Below are positions 1 through 12,000 of a DNA stretch of 64,000 bases, piece by piece. The stretch is from the NCBI GenBank assembly GCA_965235115.1, contig OZ249445.1, positions 3,286,001 through 3,350,000 of the forward strand. The letters run 5' to 3'. Origin of the DNA: Laetmonice hystrix (Eukaryota). The notes below the pieces were generated by a model. That model was not told the DNA's origin, made no database searches, and saw only the letters and a list, made by a program, of their open reading frames with translations. The position numbers and the translations under genes are program-made. How positions within the stretch are numbered: position 1 is the stretch's first letter; each line of letters begins with the position of its first letter.

Positions 1-117
1 AGCAGCGTGTACAGGATGGTGGGCCGGGGTGGCTGTGTGAAACCCATCGTGGAGCGGTCTGTCGGCAGTCGTACAACAGTCACCGCGGGAGGCAGACCAG
101 TGTCTGTCGTCCTCCTT
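1..117 (-). other. Possible minus-strand exon running off the window start
   Basis: The reverse strand reads gtgcccacag|AAGGAGGACG. Two frames stay open to base 1 (RRTTDTGLPPAVTVVRLPTDRSTMGFTQPPRPTILYTL or KEDDRHWSASRGDCC...). The product is not recognised and no donor is visible. Confidence 0.25.
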
Positions 118-121
118 CTGT

Positions 122-362
122 GGGCACCCGAGGCGGGGACTGCAGGGGACCCGAGACGGGGACTACAGGGGACCCGAGACGGGCACTGCGGGCCCCTGAG
201 ACGGGGACTACAGGGGACCCGAGGCGGGGACTGCAGGGGACCCGAGGCGGGGATTGCGGGCACCTGAGACGGGGACTGCGGGGGACCCGAGACGGGGACT
301 ACAGCGGACCCGAGGCGGGGACTGCAGGGGACCCGAGATGGGGACCCGAGGCCGGGACTGCA
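122..362. repeat. GC-rich 23-bp minisatellite, about 10 copies
   Basis: Unit cggggactacaggggacccgaga, with 22-bp variants such as cgggcactgcgggcccctgaga. It explains the overlapping ORFs at 7-462. Confidence 0.95.
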
Positions 363-759
363 TGTTAATCACTGGGACTCTGTGCTCGTGCCACGGGCAG
401 TCTATGCATGTGTGCGTGTTTGTGTTTGCCTCAATCAGATTATCTTGTACATAGAAACCCAAGATCAGTTAAAATCTACAGCAGAGAAGGGCGCCAGTGA
501 TCTCACATAGGTCTAGGCCTGATATTAGGCGAGCCCATAGCAGGCACGTGGCGGGGGGGGGGGGGGGTCATTGTGGGCAGGCACCCTCAATTTTCACTGA
601 ACAAAAAAAAACTCAAAAAACTCCAAGGCAGGGAGCACATGAAGGGAGGGAGGACAGGTCCATAGGCAATCATATGTCGGTACCATTGTCTATGGCACAG
701 TGCCCTTGCCCAGACCAAGGCCTCAGATCTGTAGTTTAGAACATGTTGGCGGGTAAAAG

Positions 760-2520
760 CGGTACTATAAAAGGCTAGATTCAGAGCTGATATGAATGAA
801 TGGGTAAATAGCTGTCTACCTGAACCAGCCGAGGTCAGTTGGCTCTAAAAGTGTAGAATTGCGCCTTCCTTAGAAGGTGTATGATTACACTGCTCTCTGT
901 ACAGTCGGTGTCCCAGTGGGGCCAGGGGTAAGGTAGGGGGCATTAATCACCTATCGGGTTTTGATCAGGTAGGCTTATTTTCCTACAGTTCGGCAAGGTA
1001 GTAATTGAGGAATGCGGAATAGTGATAAGGTAAGATTGGTGTGAAAGCTGAGCCGGTGGCTTCAGTTCAGTCTGCTTTGGCTGTTTGAGCCGTCTGGCTC
1101 TTAAAGAGACATTCACGAGAAAATAGGACAAATAATACATGTTGTAGTTCTAACTTTTTTTGACATCACGATCAGGAATGTCTGTAGGATAAAGTGATGG
1201 AACAAAGTAAATAACCACAGTCAGAATGTATTGTATGAAGTATCTCTGTATTACTGAACAACCATAGAAAGACTGCCCAGGAGAGACATGGCCATATAAT
1301 ACCATTTACAGTGAAACTTCAAAGTTTCATAAGTTTCATTGGTGTCGAAATATAGCTTTAAATTAACTTGTTAGGATTATTTCATTGGACACCAGAGAGA
1401 TTTGCAACACCTTAATGCTTCAAATTAAAAATAAATGCTAGAAATAGTCCCTTTTATTTAGGGAGATGAGCATTTCAGGGTTGCATGTCTGAACTTTAAA
1501 AGGTGTAGCGGGAATTGGAGAAGATAAATGGTTAGGTGCGCTTGGAACTAAAAGAGAGGATCGCTTCACATTTTGCTGAGTGACCGCCAGGGTCTATAGT
1601 GTTAACATTCCAGTTACACTGAGTATAAGAAACCACTGTTCCATGGTACGAGCTGGAATAGCATTGGTGAAGGCATGAAGTGCAAATAGTTACGAGTTAA
1701 TTCAAGTGTACACAACGTAACTCAATTGTAGGTAAGAGACAGGTTGACGCGACACACCACCTCTAAATGACAGGTGCAAATTATGAAACAGACTGCTCCC
1801 AAACCTGACAGCTCCAAGCGTGTCTCACGGTAGAATGGACTCAATTGTAAGGAGCTTTTCGCTCTCTTTGTCAAATACATTAGAAAGTGAATACAGTATG
1901 GTGGATCTTCATCCTAGCTTGAGTCTGTCGGCTAATGAGATAACTAGCGATAATAGACATTGTGGATGCGTTTCTGTCGGTGGAAATATCTGGCAATGCG
2001 ACCAGTCTGCCCCGCAAAGCTATTCAAAGTAGGACGTTCAAAGTCTGGCACATTAAACAATGATACCACAACATGTAAGCAAGTACCCACTGCATGCTGG
2101 GTTATACTTGCAGAAAAAATGGGCCGGCTACAGAATAGAACCTGATGTTGAAAGACTTGAGTATAATACGGAGAGTGAAGTGAAAAACTCTGAATGAACT
2201 ATGTATGTAGGTCTTGTGCAACATTCAAAGTTGCTCACACACTGACTGATGTACCACCTTCATCAAATAACATGCTTTCACAGTGAGGTACACCTACGTA
2301 TGAATATAATGAAGGAAGGGAATAATCTTTTCAATAGCATGCTCATTAATGTTCACATTACTTTCATAAATGAAAATAGTTTTCACCGTGATATTTATCA
2401 AGTGTCCTACATAAACCTAGTAAATAGACTACCTTTGACCCAGTCCAGTAAACCACTAATACGGGTCGCATAATATCACACGTAGATATTCCGACAACTT
2501 GTTAGTGAAGGTTCGCTTCG
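760..2520 (-). mobile_element. Decayed LINE ORF2 (RT region, CR1/L2-like)
   Basis: Minus-strand remnants in the expected order: SRPI (about 2129-2118, cf. YRPISL), LSNVFDK (1887-1866, cf. D.SKAFD), LFA (about 1690), WNV..AKCEAI (about 1612-1560, cf. W...FN..KC). Many stops and frameshifts. Confidence 0.6.
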
Positions 2521-3463
2521 GACACCTCTCACCTTTTCTTCTTTTTCTCCCCCCCCCCCCCCCCCCCAGTTGGCAATAGAATAGTTTCTGTACTTCCTGA
2601 TAACCTACCATATGTACTTCAGTAAAATACAAAACAACCATACTGGAATAATGCACGCTTTTTAAAATAAGGAATCCAACTGAAACATCAATACAAACAG
2701 TTTCGGCGATCTTTCTAGAATTAAACCAATGGATTTTCCTATCAGATGGAAGCGTAAGTTTAGAATATCACTGGAAGGTAGGGTATGATGACGCAGTTGT
2801 TAATAGTGTTGCCATCACTTTTCACCGTCCTGCAGTTCTGAGGACTAAAACAATAAATCCGAACACACAACGACGAGGCTGCGTTTGTTCGCTCCAAAAC
2901 CATGAAAAATGTCCTTTTCTAAGTGTGATATGTCGAACGTGTTGAACAAATTAAATGCTCCATTGAATGAGATATAGTTTTTGTTGCAGAACGTTTGTGG
3001 CATTCAATATGACAAGTATAAGATTGTGGCAGTTTGCTTGGATAAATATTAGTTGTAATGTGGCGGGGCCGAGCCGCCCAGACAAAGCTGAGCTGGCCAG
3101 TCTTGATGAATGCCTTGAGATGACGTCCCTCTTTTTCGCCCATTGTGCTTGTAGAGCTAAAGAAACGTCACAATGGGTTGTGGCCACGAAAAGAAGTACA
3201 GACTGGCAGCTGGATATTGGTGGCCTAAATCTGTCATTATAAGACCCTATTGTGTTGGCTTTCTTTCATGGCGTGTGATCGAAAATCGTCATTTATGCCA
3301 TGTGTCCCAGTTGTCATTCTAATGTGGACGTGTTGTGTTCCGGAAACTGATTACACAGGCGTTGTGCTGGTCATATTGCAGGACCTGAAGTGCTTGGATT
3401 TTTGGAAGTTATTTTCAAAACATTCAAAATCTTAAGAATCATGTTCTGGGAGGAAAAGTCCTG

Positions 3464-3625
3464 GGCCGGGTTTCAGAAAGGTTAGCATGATCTTAACTTA
3501 AGTTAAGCTCTGCTTAGCATTTTAGGCTGGTTGAAGCTGAGCAGCAGAGGACCAGCCAATCAGGGGTCCTAAAAGGCTAAGCAGAGCTTAAGTTAAGATC
3601 ATGCTAACCTTTCTGAAACCGGGCC
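3464..3625. mobile_element. PIF/Harbinger-type MITE (162 bp) with long inverted arms
   Basis: Arms 3464-3526 and 3568-3625 are near-perfect reverse complements (GGCC(C/G)GGTTTCAGAAAGGTTAGCATGATCTTAAC...). The element is flanked by CTG at 3461-3463 and 3626-3628, consistent with a 3-bp CWG target duplication. Confidence 0.85.
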
Positions 3626-3814
3626 CTGATTGAACTTTTGGTTGCTAGAGCACCCCTCTACAGGCCCGGAGAAAATGACTCTCCTCACTGCATCTTTGAC
3701 CCAGTGATCTGTTCAAGCTGTAAGAATACTGTTTTGTAAATCCCTCCTTACACTGACACGTCGCACCTTCTAAGTGTCCATTAATTGTGGTTTCTCGCTC
3801 CATTTCTCCGCCAG

Positions 3815-3980
3815 GTTGACACCACCAGGAGGACCTTGGACCTAAACGAGCAGAGTTTGATCGCGAGTACTTGCCCGGGTCGGAGGGTTGAGTGACCTCT
3901 GACTGGGACCACTCCTCCCACCCACCCCCACGTCAGCCGAGTACTGGCCTTCAGTCACGGGATCGTCCCATCTATTCACA
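3815..3980 (+). other. Candidate internal exon (166 nt), no fully open frame
   Basis: Acceptor tttctcgctccatttctccgccag|G and donor CACA|gtgagt. All three frames contain a stop, so a UTR or non-coding exon is most likely. Confidence 0.4.
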
Positions 3981-4700
3981 GTGAGTAGCTACAAAACCCG
4001 GAAAGGACAAAAAAGGGCAGTGAATCGGATCAAACGATCAGGGGCCCGCTGGCCGCAGCCAGGCGGTTGGCTACCTTGACCTTCAAGTGTTGTCATGATC
4101 CAAGGCCAGCCACCCTGACCTGGTCGACCGTAATCATCATTGTCTCAGCTGTAAGCCGCAGGGGGTCGCATTGATCGACTGGCCGGTAGGGGGCGGTGGG
4201 AGGCATGGAGGGCGCAATGAGTCAGGGATTGGGGAGAACGTGATGAAGGGAGTGCACACTCTTGAAGCAATCTGAGCACCCAACCCTGCTGGGAGTACAC
4301 CCCAGTATGTGGTAAGGCCCCAGCTTTTACCCTCCCTCTCAGAGACCCCTGACTTACACCAAAACCCCGTGTATAATATGTTTAACTTATTTATGTGATA
4401 GTGTCATTGGGGGGTCTGTTTGATCCTAAGTGAGTGTGTGAAGGCAAGTGGAGCTCCCAGCAGATGTAGCTCTGATTCAGGATAATCATGTCGAAACATA
4501 GATCTTAGTTAAGCAATATTTATTTACAAATGTGAAATAGAGACTTGGTTATGGTTAGATGTGATATGTGGTGATGAAAAGAAAACCGTTCATAAATCTC
4601 TTAGAATTTCTAATGAATTATAGAGAAATCAGGCGGCCGTAGCCTGAAGGTAATACGGCATTGTTTGGTCCTAAATTCATGTCTTTATTAATTCCCCCAG

Positions 4701-4771
4701 ACATGGACGTTCGCGGCCCGCGTGCCTCGAGCAGACTCGACTCCGTTTGAACCAGGACCACGAATACACAG
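4701..4771 (+). other. Candidate internal exon (71 nt), CpG-rich
   Basis: Acceptor ctttattaattcccccag|A and donor ACAG|gtaaac. Two frames are open (HGRSRPACLEQTRLRLNQDHEYT; TWTFAARVPRADSTPFEPGPRIH). Confidence 0.4.
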
Positions 4772-5401
4772 GTAAACACTTTTTGATTCAAGGAATTTTC
4801 AGTGGAGTTGAGAGTTTCCAGGTTCTCAGTGTGTTCCAAATGTATTTCTATTTCAATGTTGTTCAGTATTGGCATGGGTAGTTATTGTGGAACACAATCC
4901 CACCTATATCTATGGGAAAGAGCAACGGCCTGTGTTTTCCGTTGCAAACATGAATACAGGACCAATTTAGCTTTAGGCTTTTACGTTGTTATATTCCTTA
5001 ATAAATAACCTTAGAAAAAATGTCTCCAGAACTGTCATGGGAAAAATACAAGATATTAGTGAACTAAAAGGGAGACAAAACGAACTGTAATGTATGGAAT
5101 TGTGGTTTATTTTGTTCATATGGCCAGTGGCCAGGTAGCTGAGCTATTGTTGGTATTCACTCAATTTAAATAGGCAGAAAAAGATGTCTTCAGAAGTACT
5201 GGAATATGTATCAGTAACTCTGAATGGAACAGATCTGTAGGACTGCTAAGGTTCTAAGGCACGTGTATCACCATAATATCTTCTTGTAATGTACATACTA
5301 ATAACATTGAGAGGTTAAGTTATCTAAGAGGTTATCTAGAGTTACGATAAGATATTCATTCATGTCTGTTATAGAATGGGCAGGTAGACGTGTATTGTAT
5401 A

Positions 5402-5443
5402 GAAGCAGTAGTAGTATGGTAGTAGTAGTAGTTGTAGTAGTAC
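5402..5443. repeat. (AGT)n microsatellite, degenerate
   Basis: gaagcagtagtagtatggtagtagtagtagttgtagtagtac. Confidence 0.85.
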
Positions 5444-5479
5444 TCGACTGATACTAATGACTTCATATATGTGTAATTC

Positions 5480-7620
5480 CTACGTCATTCCTCGGTAGGT
5501 TTCTCATATCCCAAATACCCTGACAGGTTAGCTTAGTTTGTGGCGATAAAACGATCGGAATTGTCCGTCGTGTCAAGGATTAGAAGTATGGTAAGCGGTT
5601 ACCGGACGTCCTGTGTATAGGTAGTCCGACTGCCCATTCAGTGGGCGGCCTGTTGGTAGCGGAGGCAAGTATACAGGTGTTGGTATGTTGCGCAGTGTGA
5701 GCCGGGGTAGCCCTCCAACCTTGCCGCTAGGTGTCTATTAACCTCAATATCAGGGCTGTTAGAGACCTCGGACCGCCCTCCGAATGGCTCCAATACCCGA
5801 TCCTGTCATTATACCACAAATAAAGAAGTCGGTGCTGTAATCAAAATCTAATCAGGGGAGAACAACTTCCCAGATTAGGTAAGGTACCTCAGGTGGTCAG
5901 GGTGGACTCAGCCGGAGGGGAGGTGGGCGGGGTTGGTGGACAATGGCTACAGGGGCTGGGAACTGGGCTCAATTGCCCTTCGCCCTTGGGAAGGGTGGCC
6001 AAGTCTGTGTCTACACTGACAGCTTCAATTGTCAAACTCACTTTACAATATGGTTCCTCCCACCTCCGGGTCGGGTGAGTATTGTCTGACCAGGCACCGT
6101 GCTGGGGGACCAGACCCGCCCAGTGAACACCTGAGGCGTCACTTTCAGGTGTTCTAATAGCACTTATTGTATGTCCACCTTGTGCTCAATACACAGGTGG
6201 GAAAGGTCCCGCCATGCACCACTCAAACCAGGCTATTTTGGCCGGAGTTCTTCAGAGACAATTGTCTGGCAGTGAGAGTAAGTAAGCAGGCTGCTGATGT
6301 AATTACATAACAATGGGGAGTTTATATGTCCGTGTCGAGTTCATCCTGAGAGAGGATGGTCTGTCTTGTGTTGGACACAATAGGAGGAAAGCAGACCATA
6401 GACCGCAGTATTCTCACGGCTGTATAAATAGACTTGGAGAATGACATCAGAGGATTTGTGAAGTTATGTAAACTTTAAAACTCTACTCAACAGCTACAAA
6501 GTCTGGGCAGGATGACATGAGATTACAAGGACTTACATTCCGGGTTTACTGAATCCTTACGAATAGATCACGGTAGAATAGATTGTTTCCTGACCACATC
6601 AGAAGTTTGTTACGGTACTCGTGTGGCCATCGTGATTTACGTCCGATTTCGACATTTATAACCAGTCAAAGTTTTACAATCACTAGTAACCTGCCCAGGT
6701 TAGTTAGTCGGCGCATTAGGTTAGATACAATTTAGATGGTTGGTGTAGAGTGATGGATTATGGTGGAAAAGAGCAGAAGTGATTATAGGTTTGCTGCTGG
6801 AAGCAGCTGCAAGCGGGCTCACAGTCGGTACCGGTGGAGGGGCCTGAATGTGGTTACCGGAATGATGCATAGCAACGGTTTGCATGGACAGCGTTCAAGG
6901 CATCCTGGGCAGAGCTCCGACTACAGTAACTTATGACTGTGATAACCCTTGGGGTGCTGTGAGTATTGGGCTAATCACACCAACTTTTACATGTGTCAAA
7001 CTCGGACCTGATATATAAATCCGAATTTATCAGTCATAAAATCTTCCATGGCTGACACGGCAGTACTCCCCAGCGAGCATGAATTCCTGGTAGGAATTTT
7101 TTCTAGGAGGATGGTATGCCGGGAGAGGGTTGATATCAAAGTCCAGAGCCCCTGCTAGGTCACACCTCGCGTTCTGTCTAATATATTGTTATTGAGACCA
7201 ATCACCGTTCACTTCTCTAACGCTGGCCTGTTTCACATGTCAAAGAAAAAAAACAGGAAGTTGGACATTGATGTTGAAATATTTCCTTTCTTTGAACAAC
7301 TGGAGCCATTTCCACCGGTTCATCACAAACGATATGGCGTCAAATCACAACTATTCGCTAACTCGTATATAATCCTTGCATTACTCCATCAGATCTATTC
7401 TTTCTGTTTGTCTGACCTCGATATCTCTTGTGTATCCAGCTTTACCTTCAGTTGTACTTCCTTCAGGTGAGTCAGCCCCACTCCTCTCCCCTTCACCAGT
7501 CCTTCTCTCGATCTGTATCCTTCAGTGGACCAGTAATTCCGCGTTCATTGCATTGATATAGTCTTAACCCTACTTGCAGTGGTCTAAGTATTAACTGACC
7601 AAATCCTGCTTTGTCAGTTT
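5480..7620 (-). mobile_element. Decayed LINE 5' half (ORF1-like plus APE endonuclease)
   Basis: A charged coiled-coil-like stretch followed by SNFLFFSL..ETG (about 7270-7220) resembles RRNNL.F.G..E of RRM-type ORF1. Endonuclease-like remnants follow: NA.. (about 6715), RKD (about 6565), VCFPP (about 6395, cf. YRPP), QTIV (about 6265). Confidence 0.45.
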
Positions 7621-8379
7621 TGGTTTTCAAGTGATGAACAGGTTAGCCGCCAATAAAAAAAAACATAAATTCATGAAATATGACTTGATATAGTAAATCT
7701 ATGTCAGACATATGAAATCATATGACTGTCAGTCATGAAGTACATACTTCATTGAAGAGAAATATATGTTCTGAGGGGAGATTATTTACACCGGAAGTGC
7801 TCATTTCTCTCGTAAGTTCAACTTGTGCCGACATTGACATGGCTTAAAGTTTGACATGATATGAGGGTGGGGGTGTGAGCACGTGGTGATGAGATACAGC
7901 TTAGGGACGAGTAAAGGTTGTAGTAGTGGTTCCCCGCCTGGGGGTAGAGGTTGGAGGTAGGGAGGAGGTAGTGATGTTCTTTGACATGAGAGGTTTGATG
8001 ATAAGGGCTAGGCCAGGTGAGACAGCCTCAGGTGGAGGAGCGTGGGATGAAGAATGGTGAGCAGGGTGAGGGGGCAAGGTGTCCTATCACAGCCGTAGAA
8101 TGTGATGGGGCCAAGGGCAGGGTTGTATCTGGGCAGGTGGGGCGCCCCAGAGGATGTGGGAGGGGAGGGGGGGTGCTGTAGGGGGGTCGGGGTTGGGCAT
8201 TCAGTAGCCGGGATACAAGGGTCATATTGGTGGTGGTGTGCTGTAGGAATGACGTAATGGAAAGCCTGTCGGTCTGTGTCATGATTGAAGTGTGATTGTG
8301 GGTGTACTCTACTGGAAGAAAGTCTACCAACCCCAGGTCCGAGAGTTAATGCCCTGAAGGCATCCCATAACAGATCCTT

Positions 8380-9800
8380 GCCAGCAGCATTCCCAAAAGG
8401 GAACATAGAGTATTTTTGATGACTGGATTGAGATGCGTGTTTGTGGGGTTTTGATAGTTTTACTGTGTTATTCGGGTAAGGTTAAGTGGAGTTCTGTTGG
8501 CGGTTGAAGCGAGTGGTAATGCACTGAGGTACGCGGGGGAGTTGAAGGGGGAAGGTAAGAGAGACTCCGAGATAGGATTCTGGCCCCTCAGTGGTGTACG
8601 TACGCGGGCGGATGGAGAGGTTGGCAGGCCGGGGGCCGGGGGCGGGGCGCCCCGACAGGCCAGCATGGAGCCCGGCCACGCTGCACATTAGCGAAATACA
8701 ACAGTAGTTTGTCAGGCAGGGCGTCAGCTTTGTGGTCCGAGCGGTGACAGCGGATCGATGGGAGGCCAGATCTGAGGATTGATGGTCAAATATTGGGCCA
8801 AGTTGAAAGTGAACCCCAGCCTGCATGCTGATGTGAAGACTGGGGTGCGTATCTTTACCCCCCACACCACTCCTCACCCCAGTGGAGTCCCCACAGAGCA
8901 CAGGGTCCGACTCCTGCGCCACCCCACCCCTCACCTTCATCAATTACCCTGTCTCTCCCATCTCATTGTAACATCCGTTAATAGAGCATGGGGGTGGTTT
9001 CTAGGGACCGTCTTAGGAACCCTGCTCTGTCAGCCTCAAACATAACAAACATTTAGAACAGCCATAGCAAGGATCCTTTCCCTTATCGTTTTACTTAGGG
9101 AGGGAGGAGGTATGATTCAAACCCATGTGGGGCCACTTGTGCGTCATTGCGCCAGGTAACAGAACAAACTGAACAAAGTTTGCTGAAGGAAAACGCCCAG
9201 GTTTGTCATACTTCCAAGTGGGATTTACTGATACCTAGACATGTTGTAATTACCCAATCATCTGTTATAATTACCAATCATCTTATAATTGCCCAATCAG
9301 CGGTTATATTTGCCCAATCAGCGGTTATAATTACCCAATCATCTGGTATAAACAATGATTAGTTTAGGGACAGGTATATCAATGAATCTCGCTCTCGAGT
9401 TGTCCCACCTTCACTTCAAACCCTCATGTTGCACAGAGTGTCTGTGGGTTGAGCTTCAGTTTAAACCGTTATTGGATCGTGACTCAGACTTCAGCCTCAG
9501 CTCCCCAGATTGGAGAGTAAACATTTATGTCCAGGGTTAAAGTTGCTCTTTAGAGCCGACTTTTTCCCGCACATCTCTAAAGATGATCGTGAGAACGGCT
9601 TTTCTTTTCGTTTTCAATGGTGAAGTCATGCAGGAAAACTTGTCGAGTTAATTTTTTTCTCAGTATTTCTTTCATGGAAATTTCATTGTGCGATAATTTC
9701 CTGCCGTTTATTCATCTGCACATGAGCGAGGATTTGGGGTGTAGGTTTGACGTTGTCTCCGTACAATATACCACACCGGCCCGGCTGTCATTCTGGTCCC
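8380..9800 (-). mobile_element. Decayed LINE RT to C-terminus
   Basis: KAVLTIIF (about 9600, cf. KA.V.PIFK), VFL/FSK (about 9200), SRVP (about 9025, cf. SGVPQG), KYSMFP (about 8415-8398, cf. KYSFFPR). Weak and frameshifted. Confidence 0.4.
9248..9349. repeat. About 21-bp minisatellite, 5 copies, each with CCAATCA
   Basis: aattacccaatcatctgttat / aattaccaatcatcttat / aattgcccaatcagcggttat / atttgcccaatcagcggttat / aattacccaatcatctggtat. Confidence 0.9.
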
Positions 9801-11599
9801 GGGACAATGGCACACAATAGGCCGGGAGAGTTGGTGGTGGTGGGCCCGGAGCGGCGTGCCTACCACTCTTACATATCACCATGATTGATAATTGTCCTCT
9901 GATTGGTCTACACAAGATCCTTTCAGAGATAACACAGGGTGAATAGGCAGCCCTTGACGCCCGTCTCTCATGACTCGTTGTTTGAGACTGAGACCCTGAA
10001 AACTGAGCGCTGAGAGTGGTGAGGTCAGCCCGCGTGACAAGGGCTGCCTCTCGAGGGGCATTGAGAGAGGACAGTAAGGTACGGGACGTGAAGAGGGCTT
10101 ACTTGTTGACAGTGGTAATGGGTGATCTTCGCACCTACCTGAGGGCATGGAGCCATGCTTCCAGGTGGGTGGGACTCGGACGGGGTCAGAGTTCAGGAGG
10201 TGGGGGTGAGGGGGGCTTGACAAGGGGCGGGGTTGGGGTTTCTGGAGGATCAAAACATTTTTTACGACTCGCCACTTGTCAGTATTATGTAGCACCTGTC
10301 CACCCTTTCACATGCTTTTATGATGGTTCCTGTCTGAACCCTGTGAGGTGGGGGTGGGGTTAGGGGCATTTATAGGGGTCAACGTGTCGTGGGGTCAAGC
10401 CCTTGCGGACAGCAAACTGTCAGAGGTTGGGGTACAGATAGGTACCCTCGACTGGGGTAGAGGTAGGGGTGGAGCCAAAACCTGGAATACTCGTCCGAGA
10501 TAAGATTTGGTCAGTCTCCCTTACATATGCACGTACACATCAAGATAAGATATATTTTTAAGAATAAGGTCAACTTAAAGTTGTCGGGGCTATCATGGCA
10601 TGAAATTAAGATCGGGTCTGGTCAGATTTTGAACACGAACTTTGCCCAGACGATGCACAGTTCAATTTTTAGTTTTCAATATTTGTTTCATGTAGTTACA
10701 CGAACTTTCCGTTATTTTCCAAGACAAGTGTAATATCAGAGATAGTGGCAGTAGGCCGAATTGTCAGGACCTCTGTTTAGATGTGAAGGCCTGTATTATA
10801 CGGTTTATCTCGTCCGAGGACATGAAGAAGATGCTGCTCACATGTTCATCAACATTGTCCACACATAAGAATAGGCATATTGACAGAGACCAGGACCCCT
10901 ACTGTGGTCTGGTGATATTAACATATCTGTGCCGAGTCGGTGCTGACAGATAACGGCGGACAGGATCAGATTAACGGGAATCTAATAGATGCTCTCCTTA
11001 ATTAGCTCTAATAGTTGTCTTCTGTTCTCATCAGTTGTGACATTAGTTATTATAAAGACTTCCAAACTATTGAGGCAAGTATTACAATGTGAATTCTTCC
11101 TGCTACCCTTTCTCTCCGATGTTGGCGTCTATTTTAAGTAGTATTCTGTGTAGTACAGAGCGGCTGGGATTGGAAACAAGACCTTCTGGTGCCGGGATAG
11201 AGAGCAATTATCAGAGTCAGGGTGTCATCTCCCACTGCTGTCTGTGTGGGTGGGTGAGGGCTGTGAGCTACGTCAGCGCCCACCCCTCCCCCTAGGGTGG
11301 GGATAGGGTGGGGGTTTCAGGGAGCCCCACTGGCAGACAGCATCAGGACCGCACGGAAACATTGCCAAGGTCATGACTTGAGAATACCCTGACAAAGGCC
11401 AGGTTTTATGTGTGTCAGTCAATGACATTAGACGGCCCAGGTTGCTAGGGGAACGCGCTCAGATCCGAGGATAAGACAGTGAACTGTACAAACAGCTGCT
11501 GGAGATGGTGTTGTTTAGAAGCTGTGAAACTCAAATCGTCTCTCGTTTGTTTTCTTTCGTTCTTCCTGTAAAAAGACGAACATCTATTGAGATATGATA

Positions 11600-12000
11600 C
11601 GTGAAAGTCGTGTAAAGAAAACATGGGGCGCGAAAGGTGTGGAAGAAGAAAGAGCATAAGTGCCTGTGAAAGTGTCGCAGGGGAGTGGGCAGAAAAAACG
11701 CGATATTTATTGGGATCGTCTGGGCCTCTATCTCGTATTCTCTTGCTGTTACTTTGATGTATAATACAAACTAACATTATCAAGTCAGGACAATTGCCAG
11801 CATGGTCCATCATGGCTTGTGGACAAATTACTGGCCATGGCCACAAGGATTGTGGTAATAGGAACCATCCGTTGGTATCGGCACTCATCGAATGCTGCAC
11901 ATATGGTATCAAAACAGGGCATTTATATTTGGGCCAGTATGGAGCATTGTGGCGGTTGATGCCGACAGCTTGGTGGCAGGATGGGTAATAAGACGCTGTA
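11600..12000 (+). mobile_element. Decayed LINE RT N-terminal fragment
   Basis: SSGPLSRIL (cf. KS.GPD.I.PRIL), then SGQLPAWSIMACGQITGHGHKDCGNRNHPLVSAL (cf. SG.LP..WK.A.V.PI.K.G.K....NYRPVSL). Confidence 0.45.

Noticed and set aside
541-730. MITE starting CAGGCACGTGGC-G17
   Set aside because: It resembles a MITE end, but no matching opposite TIR was found.
2516-2524. U6 snRNA-like TCGCTTCGG
   Set aside because: Only a 9-nt match, and the flanks do not continue.
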